NCBI GenBank assembly: GCA_036172245.1
Contig: JAYWIR010000037.1
Location: 1,922,001 to 1,986,000 of the forward strand
From: Raillietiella orientalis
Lineage: Eukaryota
DNA: 64,000 nt
Direction of reading: 5' to 3'
The position numbers were made by a program, and so were the translations under genes. The notes below the pieces were generated by a model. It worked only from the letters and a program-made list of their open reading frames with translations, had not been told where the DNA came from and did no database searches. The stretch's first letter is position 1, and each line of letters begins with the position of its first letter. This document shows, piece by piece, positions 48,501-61,461 of the stretch.

Positions 48501-51500
48501 ATTTTTTCCATAGGGAAAAGATGGCTGGTGCCTTTAAATCTCATTGCTGTTGCCTAGCAGCTACCTCGAATTTCGAACTTTACTAGATCGAGCACACGCA
48601 TCCATTATTTGTGACCACGAGTCAGAGAATTCCAAAAGAAATACCTTGTCAATCAGTTCCCTCACAATTCCGTTCCATTCGTTCGTCTTCAAATTGAAAA
48701 TCCCATATTTTTTATCAGGAACAAGATAAATTTCGTAATTGAATCCGACAATATTAGAAATTGCCTTTAGCAAATCAATGCAGAAGCCTTCGTATCCCAC
48801 ATTTTTGGTATCATTTCCGGAAGCGACCTTCATAACGTAGGGGTCTTCCTGAAAGAATAAATAAAAGGGCGAATGCAATTTCACATACATCTCATGTCAT
48901 CACTTTGTTCAACGGATATGAGTGCAAGTTTGGCAGGTAATGGTTTCCATGATTACCTCACCTCTAAAGGATAATTGAACCTTTTCTTATTCAATTTATG
49001 GGAAAACTTTTTTCTACATGTAAGTATTCCTATTCTAAGGTTTATGCGTATAAATTTTGTGAACGAACTAAGCATGGCAAATTGCAAGACTTTCGAGTTA
49101 GGTTGGAGTTTTATTTCTTCCATTCGAGTGGATGAGGACAACTGTCACTGTCCAATCTGTGACCTTCTCTTTCTGGTAGTAGCGGAGCGAGTTTGCAATC
49201 AAAGCGTTCACTAGGAGTCACACAGTTGCATCGGATGCCCTGAGAGGTCACATTACTCAGTGATCGCCTTTCAGTGTTCTCACGCACTCATCGACCGTGC
49301 ATTCGCTAACCACTCGTCAGAGTCCAATGTCTTTCACGAGTTCAAGTGGACTGTCAGTGGAAGTTTCAAGGTAAATACTTTAAAAAGTGATAAAGGACAT
49401 GACGAGAATTCATGTGGTTGATAAATCCTCTTGCCGATCAAGCCAAAGTCGGTTTTCAGCCGGGGCCACAGTATTAATCGTCTTTCACAGAATAAGTCGC
49501 GGTTTTCTCATACTCTTTGATTTCAGACGGAATCCTATCGAATGCAGGCAGCCGGCTATTCCGAACTAGCAGTCCGAGGGGTCATTTGGATCTTGTCTTC
49601 ATTCGATCTTAGATGAGAAAAGGGAGCCTATTTGAAGTTGAGGAACTACCGGAAAAACCGTTCGCTACCTTCCTCTGGTACTCCCATCGTTCAGTAAGAA
49701 TGGGTGCGTTAATTATCCTCGATTAGCTCGTGTACAGTGTAACTAGGAAATGAGCCAGCCGAGAAATCGGGGCACATAAACAGATAATGAAGATGGCAAA
49801 CGTTCCCACATCTCTTGCATTTCTCGTTCGAAGAGTACAAGCATCATGTGTGTATTGTCTCGTCCATATGAGCTTCTTCCACGTCACCGCAGAATCATTT
49901 GATTCAACTTGGACGGCAAACTTCGTGAGAGAAAATGACAGACACCGGTCTGCTCTGATCTGATGTATCACTTTTTTTTAACATCAAAGTTACGCTCCCA
50001 TCCAAGTCCCAGCAAAGGTTATTAATGGTTATTCTTCCTGTTGTACTCTAAGGAGCATTGGTTTGAGCAAACTAAAGTTCTAAATGGAGGAAAGTTCATT
50101 CAGAATCCCTGCGCAAAAGACCCACAGAAGAAAAATAAAAACGATGGATTCAAAAAACAGACAGAAAACAGGAAAACGAAAGCACGATAGCAGCCATCGG
50201 GAGGGACAGAAATTCTGCTCACTAGGAGATTTGAATGATCAAAAAGACGAAGCATAATCTTCCGCTGATACGGCTAATGGTAGAGCTGCAGAAGCTGTTT
50301 CTTCCAGTGCGTCAGAGATACCGGAACCTCAGAAAACGATAAGGAACTGAAGATGGTTATGAAGAATTGGAAAGTCTTGCACGGACAAACTCTGAAAGCG
50401 GAGGAATTTTCTGAATCCTAGAAGGACAGAAAGACTTTTCAATTTCGAAGTGATGCTGTTTTTGTGATTGCTGGCTGACGAATAAAGATGGGTTTGGGAC
50501 GATTCAGCAGAAACGTATCCCCCCTGCTCTTCATGAATGTTTTCTTCCAATACGTAGAATTGTACTCATTCTTCATGGCAGCAATATTTTAGGAGTTTTA
50601 CGAACGGGATGGGAAGAGTGCGTGGTAGGAAGCAGGCTATCCATTGGTCATTGCACCAAGTGATCCACAACGCAACTTATTAAAATGGCTTCACTTCAAG
50701 GCGAAACACTTTCATAAACATCGCCAATGTGTGGATTTTTTCCTACAAAATCCAAAAGCCAGTGAGTGACACTTTTCCAAAGGTAAATCAAATAGGTTCA
50801 CTGACTTCCTGGAGCAGGAGTGCAAGGAGCACCAAGTGCGTTTAGCCACATTGGAATGAAGGTAGCCGGATCCAGTCGAGAAAAATATTTGAAGAAATGC
50901 AAGAATGAAATAGGAGAAATTGCCTGTGAGAAAATTCGGTCATGGCTTCCGGTCAGAAGGAAGAAATCTCGAGACACTGGAAAATTCGCTCGTCTTTCGA
51001 AGTGTTAGGCACCCCACAAGCCATTCGAAGAGGTGAACACGAATAAAGGAAATGTGAATACTCTGAAAGTCTCATCCCTTTCGCTAACTTCCGCTATCGG
51101 AAATTTACATATTTGAATCCGTTGATGGTTGCGCAGATAATTTGTCCTTTCTGCCAGCTTCATGACCAGAACGGCACAGCCTCTTCGACGCTGGAAAAAT
51201 CTGCAAACTTATTCCCTCGCCACTCTCTACCTTCAGTTGACAGCATTCCTCAACAGAATCAGATGTCTTCCCTCCCAAAGTTTCTTCGATGAAACACGCT
51301 GTCGCAGTCTCATTCTTTTTGATCGTTGATGAGACGACAGCAATTCGTCTTGAGATTCTTTCAATCTTCCATTTCATCTATCGCTCCGGCACTTTGGGAG
51401 AGTTAAGATTAAGAAATTCAACTCCTCAAACTCTTAATTGATCCTTTAGATGCTAGGACTCGTGTTGCCTGTTTCCCTGCGGCTAGAAAGAGTCTTCCGA

Positions 51501-54500
51501 GAGCAAAATGCATTTTTACTTTGTCTAAATCCTGCCCAGAGATTCTCCTCCATCTTAAAGAGCACCTGCAGTCTACCGTTGGAGTCAAGTCGATAGATAA
51601 ATGATCATCCAAGAGGAAGGCGAAGTCATGTCTCGCAAAGTACCCCGCAATGACCTTTACAACGCTCTCAAAAACACGGAAGAGGAACTTAAAGCCTTTT
51701 TGACGCGTGATCGAACGATGCTGAGACGCAAGTAGTTTTTCCGATTGAAGGGCTGCATGGAGTGCTGCAAACAGAGCTGCCATGCGATTTATGTCGTTCC
51801 TTGCTGAACCTGCACAAACAGGGGGGCGGAGAAGGAGTAAATCCGTGAAGCCTAGCCCTCTACAGAGAAAGAGAAGAGAGAAAGTAATACAGAGTCGATT
51901 CTGGGCTTGTCGTCGTATATTTATTGTCTTTCCCATCTGTTTCCCGTAATTGGAACTCTGGCAAGTACCTTATTTTGACCGGAGAGAGAAAATGGAAATT
52001 CATTGTAGTTCATGCATCGACAAAGAAGATTGTCAATTCGGCTGTGTTTACTCTTCCGGCAAGACTCGCTTCCCCACTCCACCCCATCAGCTGCGCTGGT
52101 CCAGAGCGACTGATGGCATGCCGAACAAGAAAACCACTGAAAATTCTGTGCGAGACACGCCAACCTGTTATGTGGCGCCAGGAACATCTACTCAAGAGCA
52201 GCAGTCTCGGACTCTTGTTCAGAAAGCACCATGAAGGGTGAATACGCATAAGAGGCTCAAGAAGAAAAGTTTCGGATCATTATTTAGTGGATGGAAGCGG
52301 ATCATCTGAAATATCAACAAAATACCTGCATTCAGAGAATTGTTCCGATTAGGAACCAGGAAGAGAGCCGGTATTGGAGTTTTTCGACAAGAAAGCCCCA
52401 GTACACAGGGATTGAAGGGACATTGGTATGAGAATTCCCGGGAGTGACAACTTTTCAGGTACGGAATACCAGAGAAAAAATAAAATCAAAGAGTACGTTT
52501 GGGGTGCAATGGCACCCTCATGTCAACGTAATATCCTTTCAACTGGGAATATGGCTGTAATGAATGAATACCAGCGCGTATTGATGGTTGCACTTGACTT
52601 TCTTATGGAGTATCTGTAATGGACGGATACAAATGTGAATGCCGTAAATAAAGGGGGAAATGTGTTAAAATCTTTAACCAGCTTTTCATGAAATCAGCAT
52701 CACAGAATCAGCCAGTGGTCTTCACGGCTGCAACGGTTCAAACTCAGCGAAATCATGGGATGATTTTGAATCTCTTTCCCGTAAACAGATTACGATGACG
52801 TAGATTTTGTCTGGACATCGTCCATGCTCGGGAAATCAGAGGGAGTAAGAAGCTAGAGTAGCGTGTCTCTTATCTTTTACGGAATCCTGGATGCTGATTT
52901 CTAGGAGATGGAGTTGCCTATGGATTCGTATAGCAAATGCTTTAGAAAAGTCGGGAGCAGCTACTGAGTTTCATTAACAGTCAGAAGCTACTCTGATAGA
53001 TGGAGAGAATAAGATGGTAATGCCTGAAGTGGTCAAGCAGGAAGAACTCGGGAAGCTGATCGCTTGTCAAAAATGCAGACCTGCCATTTTGCTGGCTCTG
53101 ATCTTTTTTAACAAGCGATTGCAACAGGAAAGGTAAAACGTGAGTCCCTGAAGGTTTCCAAGTGTTTCTTATCTCAGACCCTGAAAACTGAATGGTACAA
53201 AGAATCCGATTCAGAATGTTCTTGGAGATTATGACGAGAGATAAAAAATCAAGAGTTCTCTAAGACTTTGCCTATCAACACGCATAGATTATTCGTAGAG
53301 CCTCCTCGTGAAATTGCATGCAAGAAGCCAGGTGAACGAGAGGCAGTGTTTCAAAGTACTTAAAAATAATGACAGAAGGGATTCAGAAGAGCACATTTCA
53401 CGATAAAGGAGATTGAAAGCACATGTGTACAAATGCTTGGTTCTCCGGAACGATTTTCCGAACGCATTCTTTCGCATAATACGAAGAATACTGTACGAAA
53501 ATCATACCAAAGCTGTAGGAAGCGTTCTCCTAGATTATCGTTTCGGTATATACTTGGCACACGAAGGTGCCAGTCTAACGAAATAAGGTACAGGAACTAA
53601 AAATGATTGACCAGACAGGTCCTATGTAATTTGGCCATTGATGCGGTTGCATTCTGATGTGAGCATGACAAATCGTTTCGTAGACTCATATCAGACCAGA
53701 ACATGCATTCTGGAGGCGCAGGAAAGATCTGCTGTTAGCCAGGAAGACTTTTCACTGGATGCTTTTCATGGAGAATGATCTACTGTCTTCGCTTTTTTCG
53801 AGCTCCCAGAGCACTAGAAATTGTTGGATATGCTGTCAAAAAAAATTTTTTTTTTTTTCTTTCTTTGATGCCATTGAATTTTATGATTAAAGTAGCCTCA
53901 GCCTCTTTGATGCCGGTATTCCTGTGCACCTGAACCGAACTCAAATGAAATCAAGAGGTTCAAGAGGTCTTCGATGGCAGGATGGCAATTGCACTCATCT
54001 CGTCACACATCTTTCATAAACCGCTGTTTTTCACACGCTACTGAGAAATCTTAGTCCTTTTAGGTTTCCTTTTTCCAAAAGTACTCCAAGCATTTTTGAG
54101 TGGTGGTCACTATGCAATTCAAAGTGTTCAAAGCGATATAGCCCCAGCGCGGAGGAGTTTGAAACGAAGGGCGCTTTTATTCAAAACACTCGAATAATAA
54201 GAAAAAGCAAGCAACACAAAAAAAAAGGAGAAGAGCAGGATATAGAGATGTTTGCTACCCGATAAGGACCTTTGTGCTCAGTTTATCTTTTTCAAATCAG
54301 AAATTTGCTTACCAGGAGAGTGGTTATTCTTAATGTCACTCGGCTGTAATTGTACTCATAAAAGGTACTCATGTTCGAAATGTGCAGTCCCTTGGAATCG
54401 TAATGTCCTACTTTCACGAAGGATTTGTTTTGTAGCTTCATCAGATCGAATTTCGAGTTTGATCTTCTGCCTTTCTTGAACTGTATGGGTCCCGTCAGTC

Positions 54501-57500
54501 CTTTGATCACAACCTGAAAACTCGGAATTATGTGAATGAGATTCAGCAGCTGGATCGAGGATCCTTTCAAAAGAAAGCTGATAACACTGGTCAACCAACA
54601 GTCTCCAGTCAGAACGACAAGTGCCTACCCCAAACGTCATTTTCGTTTAGCTTTGAAGAAGCATCAGTTTGAGTCCTGCTGGCACTCGGGACGAAAGCTG
54701 GTCTTTGCAGATAACACGGTCCTTGCATATGCAAGTTACGATGCTCTTTGCACAGGACTGGGTTGATGGATGTCCTCGTGATTGCTTCCTAACTTTGCAA
54801 AGCTCAACTGAAGAGCACCTTTGTCTCGCAAGTAAAGTGAATGACTGTCGATTTCTGCATTTCACGCCGTCACTGCGTGAGCAGCAACTATGAGATTGGT
54901 CCAGGGTTCTTGATGCAGCACACACGGTTCCATTCTGGAACACTCGAAAGCAAGTAGCTCCTCGTTGGCAAACAGGAAAAGCAAATTTTCTTCCAGTTTA
55001 AATTTTCGGCTCAATTTTTATTTTTTTTTTTTTTTCATATTCTCAGAATCCACAATGCCGCCATTGGCTACGAGATGGAGAGCCACCCATGGACAAACAG
55101 ACATACATGCACATGGGAGAAGCATCTTTGGTACGCTTTGCATCTGAGTACTCCTCGTGGCAGAAGTGCTCTTTCGACTTCCTTTTAATCTACGAAACCT
55201 AGCTCAGTGGAATCCCTTCCACACCCTCAGACAAAGGAGTCATCGCTGCGCATGCAAGGAAGATGGAGGTTTGAGCCAGAAGGAACTAGAAGAAGTTTTG
55301 AAGGAGTTCAAAATAATGAAGACCTCAACATACGAAGTTTCAGGGAACATTTCAAAAGGTGCTGAATTTCTTGATTGATGATCGTAATATCCCAGAAAAT
55401 GCACCGACTGAAAACAATAAGTGAAGCATTTTCTGGAGAATCATAAAGCCGAAATTGAGTTTCAAGTTTTTTCTCTGAATTCGCATCCACTTTTCAACGC
55501 GGAGAATTCGATTTAGGTGGCATTCTGGATGGATACTTTGGCTGGAAAGTTTCAATGACCAGCAGCTTCTCAAAGTAGATGAGATCCAGCAGAACGATGA
55601 AATTTTTGCTGCCAAATTCTGGAGAACATAGCAGAATTGAGTGAAGAAGAAAAAAAATAGCAGCAGTCTTTCGGCAAAGACTCTTTAAAAAAATAGATGC
55701 ATGTAGTTCTCCAAAGCCATCGATCCTATCTGTTGCCAATATGCACTTGCATAAAAATGAGATGTTCGCGTTTTAGTCGGCAGAGGCATTTTTTCGTTGA
55801 CCAGTGTTATCAATCAGCTTTACCTATAGTTTTTTTCATTGGAGTGTTTAATAGAAGACATTCGAAAGCAACAAACAAGAATTCAGAGAATAAAACTTTT
55901 GCGAGATGTACCGAGTTCATATAATTGAAGAGACTGGAACCAAATTGCCAAGGAATTTCCTCACCGCAAGACAGATTTCCAGTAAGAAAGAATCCCAGAG
56001 ACCGCAGTCCTTCTGCGAGAACATGAACTGCGTCAAACAGGAGTGCCTCCTCAGTCTAGGAAGGGGGAGGGAATGCATTACTTCATATCATTTGGTGACC
56101 TTCTCTAAAAGCAGGAAGCAAAATATTTTTATACTCACGTTAGATCGCATCATGCATGTTGCACGTGGGAGTTCCTACCATGGAACAGATGAATGCCTTT
56201 TCTTCGAAGAAATGGATTTTTACCTGCTCGTTCATTTTCTCTTTTTCCATTAAGCTGTGTTTGCTTCCGCACAAGCAGATACGAAAATACATAGCAAAAA
56301 CCGTGCTTCAAGGGTTACGATTTGTATCACACTGCCACCAACGTACACGCGCATGTATGTTTGTACACATACGCACGGTATGTGCATCGTTTGTGCTGAA
56401 TGGCAGAAATCTATTGCAATGCGCACGTTTGCAGAAAACTCGTCTCTAATTTCGCCCCTTTGGGATGTGCTTTAATGATTCTATGAAGCAGTGCAATCAT
56501 TTTAACAATCCGTTAGAATGACTCGGCATTTTCTATCTCCAAAGACAGACGGAAATGACACGCAGGGTGTACACTGAGCACAGGTTAGAAACCAGAGGTA
56601 GGTCTATCTTAGTTCCGGAAAAGACGCAAGGTTTTTTTTTTCCTTTTTGTTGGGTTTCCATTTTTTTGATGCGCTAAGTACCTCAAGAGCCGTTCGCGTG
56701 CCTCGCGGCACACGTGGCTCTTTAAACACACTGTTTTGTTTCCACGCCACTCCGCCTGTGGGCATCCCACAAGGGATCGTGTAATTCTTCACTGTAATTC
56801 CCCAGGATAGGGGGCACCCCGGGATGGGGGGCCCGTTCTATGAATCCAGGAAGGGCTACGTTCTTCTCACTTTTGGGGAGGGATCCCCCCGGACGGGGGG
56901 ATCGCACCTCCCACCCTGGTTGTTTCCGAAGGGGAACCCCAAAGGGAATCTCCTTCCTCGTGCTCTCCGGAGGGACACCCTCCGGGATGAGGGATGGTCC
57001 TCTCCATTTCATCTTCTCCGGAGGGAACCCGCAAGAGAACTCTCCTATTCACTCCTCTGAAGAGAGCCCCCAAGGGACGCTTCCGAAATTCAGAAGAGGC
57101 GCTGCAGCTTCCCTCAGGGGGATCGCTCTCGCTTGCTTCCTTGCACTCTTCTGGAGAGGTGGCTACTTGAGGATCCTCCCCGAAATAGGGGGTTCCGCTC
57201 CTTTAAACAACTGGAGAGGTGCCCGTGAGAGCTCCTTGCTCCATGTTGAAACCGGAAGGGTACCCCCGCTAAGGGGGTCCGCTCTCCGTTGTACGACCGG
57301 AGGGGGAAGTCCCCACTCCTTGATTCCTGGAAGGACCCGAAGGTCGACTCCCATTGTTCCGGCCTTCATCAGGGGCCTCCGGCTTAAACGACCACCGATG
57401 CCATTCCCGAATGTCTCGGCCAACCAGCGCCATTGCAGGAGAAACTCGGAACCCAACGACGCAGTGGCGTGAGTTTCTGCCGGAGTATTCGAACCCGCGA

Positions 57501-60500
57501 CTCATGGTGCCACGCGCGGAAGCCTCAACCACAAACCCAGCCTCAACCTCCGACGCCAGCGAATGGTGGTGCACATCCGCTAAAGATGCTTGCGTCCTCT
57601 TCATTTGTGTGCATTTCTACTCCAAAAAGGATACTTTTTTTTAAAGCTTCCGATCATGACTCGCGCTTCCGTGTTCCCCAAAACAGTTCATTTAGCTGTG
57701 ATTGTGAAAATGATTTATGCAGTTGTCATAGATCGTTGCTGAAGTGCGGAGCTTCGTACTGCCCTTTTGACTGATGATAACCGACTCATTTGAATGGCTA
57801 TAGCGTGTCTTATGGCGCCTTAGTTTCTATTAGATTCTATTGCCCACACGTGAAGCGGCAATCATTCAGACTTGTTGCTCCTCTTGAAACAACCAATATA
57901 AGTCAATGTACTCTTGATTGAAAATTCAAGGTGGAGCCGAACCATGTGTTCATCTCAAGAGTCCGACAAATAAGAAAAGTTGGGATGATCACGGATGCTC
58001 GGACCAAAAAGGCTAAGCTCTTATTCATGCAAGAAATGAAGCAGCCGAACAACGATAGAGGAATCAACATAGCTTGAAGTTCCAAAGGTCTGTTCAATGT
58101 AAAGGTCTAAATCAAAACTCTGTAAAATACCATCAAATTGTTATTCATATATTGAATGTAGCTAGCGAGGCACGAAGAAAAGCTGCACTACCGAAATCGT
58201 TGAAATCTTTCAAACTCATATGAGTGATTTGCAGTCAGAGTATATCAAGATGCCAAAGGAGAATCCCAATAAACCTGCACTGTTCACTTTTCTAATCAAT
58301 CATAATATAAGACTTTCCCGACTGTTAATCTTTGAAAATATAAGGCGACTCAAGAAAAGGAGCCATTTCATTTTTTGGTGTCTTCTAAAAAACATGTGGG
58401 GCCTACGAGTAACTTAAAAACCTGTGTAGCTATAACTGGTTTAATCATGGAAGTTAAATTTGGGATAGGGGCTTCTTCCTATCCTTTTGTGTTTTGTAAA
58501 TCCTTTGCAGTAAGGGGTGAGAAATATATAAACAAAATAATTGCTGCTGAACCGCGAAATTCTTGCTCTTTTGAAAACTGACAACTGTGAGATTTCATGT
58601 TACGAAGGTAACAGATGTGAAGCATGTCTGTTCCGAATGGAAGGAGTATTTCATTTGAGGATCTTGTATTTCAGTCTCTAGCTTCTAATCTCTATAAAAC
58701 AGAGTCGAACGAAATTCAGAATCGATTTCTCATTCCATCAGCCAATGCACTAGCTCGAAAGAAAAGTACTTGGCTTTTCAGAATCCATTCCAAATGTGCG
58801 CCAAAACACATCATTAATACATACGCATATGGATGCAAACCTCGCTCATATAAGGTAATACATAAGAGGCAAGTGATCCAGTAAAAGTGCATCACTTGGA
58901 ACATTCAGATTTGCTGCAAATTCCATAAAACATTGGGGGGTATTAAATTCCAATGCCTGAACACTACCTCTACGTCTGATAAACTTTTTCCTGGTCTTCA
59001 GAAAACATTAAGGTCAGTGTAAGTTCCCCCGAAACAGGATCTACTGAACACTGGCTGATGATTAACAGGGATGCTCGCATGCCGAAATTCTCACTCGTAG
59101 GGATTCTCGCATCTCGTGATCACTACGAAGTCTGCACTTTCCAGCACACTAGTCGCATCCGGTTCAAAAAACACATCCTACACACAACCATCCCTATTCG
59201 TGGGCTCCAGGGGAACCGTCGTACAAGTAAAGGAAAGCATAAACCATGTAATTCAGGAACGGAGCAACAGTTGTTCCGTCACCTGCCCTATTCTGGAAGT
59301 AGGGGAGCAGCTCTGAACGTGACCACTCTTTTCAACGCAGGAGTTGCGACGCGGCGGATGTGCCCTAATAAAATAAATTCCTTTCCTCATAAGATCGAAA
59401 TTTCAAGTTGTACAAAGATATATCAGGAATCCAAGCGTTAGTTTTCAGTATGGTCTCAGCAAGCAATTCGCAAACGTCGGTCGTGCACAAACGATGGTGT
59501 ATCACTTTTCTAATTCCAAGAAAGATGTAAACGGGAATGCCTGAAGGCGAAATCACAGTGGAATTACCAACTTCATTAGCTGCCATCTGTAAACTACAGG
59601 GGCTCATTTGCATTCTGGCCTCGGACTTCAGAAGCCCAAAGTTGGTTTTGTCCTTCTACGCTATTCACACGCTGCTCCTGACGGATTTCGCTTTGGCCAT
59701 TTTCGGCTTCCGATCCTCAAGTTCACACTCACCGACTTGTGTTCAGTAAGACGCTGCAGATTCTTCTTTCGCTGTCCTGCTGGCCTATTTGTCAGAAAAT
59801 TGCTCTGCCAATGGGAAACGGAAAAGGGCCGAAGAAGAGGATTGGTCGCTTTCTCGCTGCAAGAGAATTCTTCTTCTCTTTGTGTTCCTCATTTATTTTG
59901 GGATTCCGACGTCGTTTCAGTTTTTTTCGAGAGAGTGCTCCTGGCAGTCTGTCGTGTAATTGTCCAGCGAACTCTCGACACTTGCGTAACAGACTGAGAG
60001 GGAAAACACCAGGAAAGACGACTACCCGTCAAATAACAACTCGAACGTTATTGAGAATGTGAATCTTCTGCTTGAGTTTGGAAAATTTCCATCACAAATG
60101 CAACCATCATCAGCATTTTCGTGTGTAAGCATATGTGGATTTTCTGGATGTAGAATACCGGAGTTCGGGAGTGGAAAAAGTATTTCTTTTTAGACCATCG
60201 TAGAAGCGCTTAAAACTCAATTAAAAATGAAGACTCACGCAATGGATTCCCGAATGATAGAACACATGGATTACGCGCGTGCTACGGCAAGAAGTGACTT
60301 CTCCATCTGAAACAGCTTTATTCCCACACATCCTTTTTCTCTCTCATAACAACCCCATAAACTCGTGTCATCTCAATGAAAGTCACTCATCTGATCTCTT
60401 GTTCGAATGACCATGTCATTCAGCTTCTCTAACAGTTGGTTTTATGGGTTTGGTGAACAACGGATTCACCGCAAAAGGCACCAATCAGATTTCCATATGG

Positions 60501-61461
60501 ACCACCCATCCACGAACTGCGTCGATAAAAAAATTCATGAGAGGAAAGATCTGACTGATACAGGCAGCGAGCGTATCTGCTGCAGAAGCTGCTCATCTGG
60601 GCTCGTGCATGCACGCGCTCCAAACACGCAAAGACATGAGACTTCGATGGGAACCCAGTTCCATGTCCGGGAACAGGAGTCCGTTGTGGAACGCACCGAA
60701 TTCTCGGAACCGAATTCGTATCCGGATTCTTCGAAAGTGCACCGCATGTTCACTTCAAAGTAATCTCTCCCTTCGTAAGGTACAGAGGTATACTGTAAAG
60801 AAGCGTTCGTTGAGCTATTTGCTGAAACGCGAAGTTGCGATCTGCACTAATTCCCTATTTTTTGGAGAGAATCGATACAGACTAAAAGTTGATTCAGCAT
60901 GAAATGAGCTCTTGGTATCCTAGAGAGGATCCCCAGTCACCGGACAAACAACAGCGAAAAGTGTACAGATAAAAGGGAATGAGATGCATTCGGGAACTCG
61001 ATTCTGGCTGGAATCCACGCTTTTGAAGCATTTTTTTTTTTTTTATAATCAAATTATAATTTGCGCTCCAAATGTTCGTCCTGTATCATCTCTTACTTAC
61101 AGTTACAGGAATTTTCAGAAGATCTAACGTCTCTCTTATTTCTGAACTATCCGCGTCTATCATCCTGAAGGCAGTGATGTTGACGAAGTTGTTGCTGAAA
61201 GAAGATGTGTCCACAGAAGTAGCATCCTAGGAATTCAGTGTTTAAATGATTTTCAAGCTGTAATCCGAATCGACTAAGATATGTCCGCATGTCTCTGCGG
61301 AGAAAAAAAAAATGTTTCCTTGGAAGACTTGCGGGTTTGTGAACGTACAAAACTGTCTGTACACGCGGAACAAAACAAGGAAAAGATATTTCTCTCGATT
61401 GACTTACCAAAGAAGTGAAGATAAAATGGTGATTGTAATCATTCATCTGGAGCTCTGTGAT
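30319..61461 (-). CDS. Gene B: kainate-type ionotropic glutamate receptor subunit, 5'-partial; complement(join(30319..30540,30733..30824,31961..32125,34179..34404,37513..37710,39936..40181,44261..44365,48645..48848,54313..54513,55912..56055,61101..61226,61408..61461))
   Basis: Twelve exons splice in frame on the minus strand with ATD, S1, M1-M3 ([15 protein letters not shown]), S2 and M4 motifs; exon boundaries match gene A. Confidence 0.95.
30733..30824 (-). CDS. Gene B exon: M4 ([31 protein letters not shown])
   Basis: tttcag / gtaaag boundaries, 92 nt. Confidence 0.93.
31961..32125 (-). CDS. Gene B exon: S2 end ([19 protein letters not shown]...KWWKN...ALGNENIG)
   Basis: cgaag / gtaagt boundaries, 165 nt, phase 1/1. 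Confidence 0.95.
34179..34404 (-). CDS. Gene B exon: S2 ([11 protein letters not shown]...[11 protein letters not shown]), followed by a GC donor
   Basis: ttttag acceptor; 226 nt like the gene A homolog; donor AG|GCAAGT. Confidence 0.93.
35900..37050 (+). mobile_element. piggyBac transposase relic (PGBD4-like), many stops and frameshifts
   Basis: Collinear motifs: [43 protein letters not shown]...[33 protein letters not shown]. Confidence 0.8.
37513..37710 (-). CDS. Gene B exon: M3 and S2 start (TTSTRMV...SYTANLAAF...GSTMSFFR)
   Basis: tttcag / gtgagt boundaries, 198 nt. Confidence 0.97.
38400..39257. mobile_element. Palindromic mariner-derived element: two transposase 3' ends back to back
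   Basis: 38433-38765 is an imperfect reverse complement of 38935-39257; + strand gives [38 protein letters not shown]. Confidence 0.92.
39615..40909 (+). repeat. Diverged ~140-nt direct repeat pair (39615-39752 and 40770-40909)
   Basis: Shared blocks ttaagatagc, ttcagcatg, gagaacc.cgg, actcattttgcta, aattctttt, acgtgacca..tgggaaa. Confidence 0.88.
39936..40181 (-). CDS. Gene B exon: M1 and M2 (...[18 protein letters not shown])
   Basis: tttcag / gtacgt boundaries, 246 nt. Confidence 0.96.
41600..43050 (+). mobile_element. RTE-like LINE ORF2 relic (linker to RT start)
   Basis: [26 protein letters not shown] (F.D.SKAFD-like). Confidence 0.5.
43205..43830 (+). mobile_element. tRNA-derived SINE-like element, near full length
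   Basis: Decayed head, internally repetitive body and tail homologous to 56740-57560 and 18670-18800. Confidence 0.65.
44261..44365 (-). CDS. Gene B exon: S1 end ([35 protein letters not shown])
   Basis: tttcag / gtaaga boundaries, 105 nt. Confidence 0.96.
47400..47960 (-). mobile_element. Decayed LINE reverse transcriptase fragment
   Basis: NGTELLS (NYRGISLL-like) followed by an FENTFNR (FEKAFDR-like) segment. Confidence 0.35.
48645..48848 (-). CDS. Gene B exon: S1 (EDPYVM...GFCIDLL...[11 protein letters not shown])
   Basis: tttcag / gtattt boundaries, 204 nt. Confidence 0.96.
51100..52200 (-). mobile_element. RTE-like LINE 3' relic
   Basis: [18 protein letters not shown]...LAAGK, KRLCRSG in the order expected for an RTE C-terminus. 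Confidence 0.5.
52300..53250 (+). mobile_element. Decayed LINE RT core
   Basis: G.CVL-like segment ~52655, YDDV (YADD-like) ~52790, IN.QK, EVV...LG. Confidence 0.45.
54313..54513 (-). CDS. Gene B exon: ATD end ([12 protein letters not shown]...VTLRITTLL)
   Basis: tttcag / gtaagc boundaries, 201 nt. Confidence 0.95.
55912..56055 (-). CDS. Gene B exon: distal ATD ([10 protein letters not shown]...[22 protein letters not shown])
   Basis: ttcctag / gtacat boundaries, 144 nt; homolog of gene A 3539-3694. Confidence 0.9.
56740..57560 (-). mobile_element. tRNA-derived SINE-like element, near full length
   Basis: Antisense B-box at ~57487-57497; body with repeated ctccggagggaacc-like units; tail block tatgaatccaggaagg. 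Confidence 0.65.
61101..61226 (-). CDS. Gene B exon: ATD ([24 protein letters not shown]...)
   Basis: ttcctag acceptor, gtaagt donor, 126 nt; NITAFR motif. Confidence 0.88.
61408..61461 (-). CDS. Gene B exon: ATD ([18 protein letters not shown])
   Basis: aatgcag acceptor, gtaagt donor, 54 nt; resembles the LQMNDY..HY.FT ATD segment. Confidence 0.85.

Noticed and set aside
51100..53250. Twin-priming 5' inversion of one LINE
   Set aside because: Both oppositely oriented fragments appear to include the same late RT domains, favouring two independent insertions
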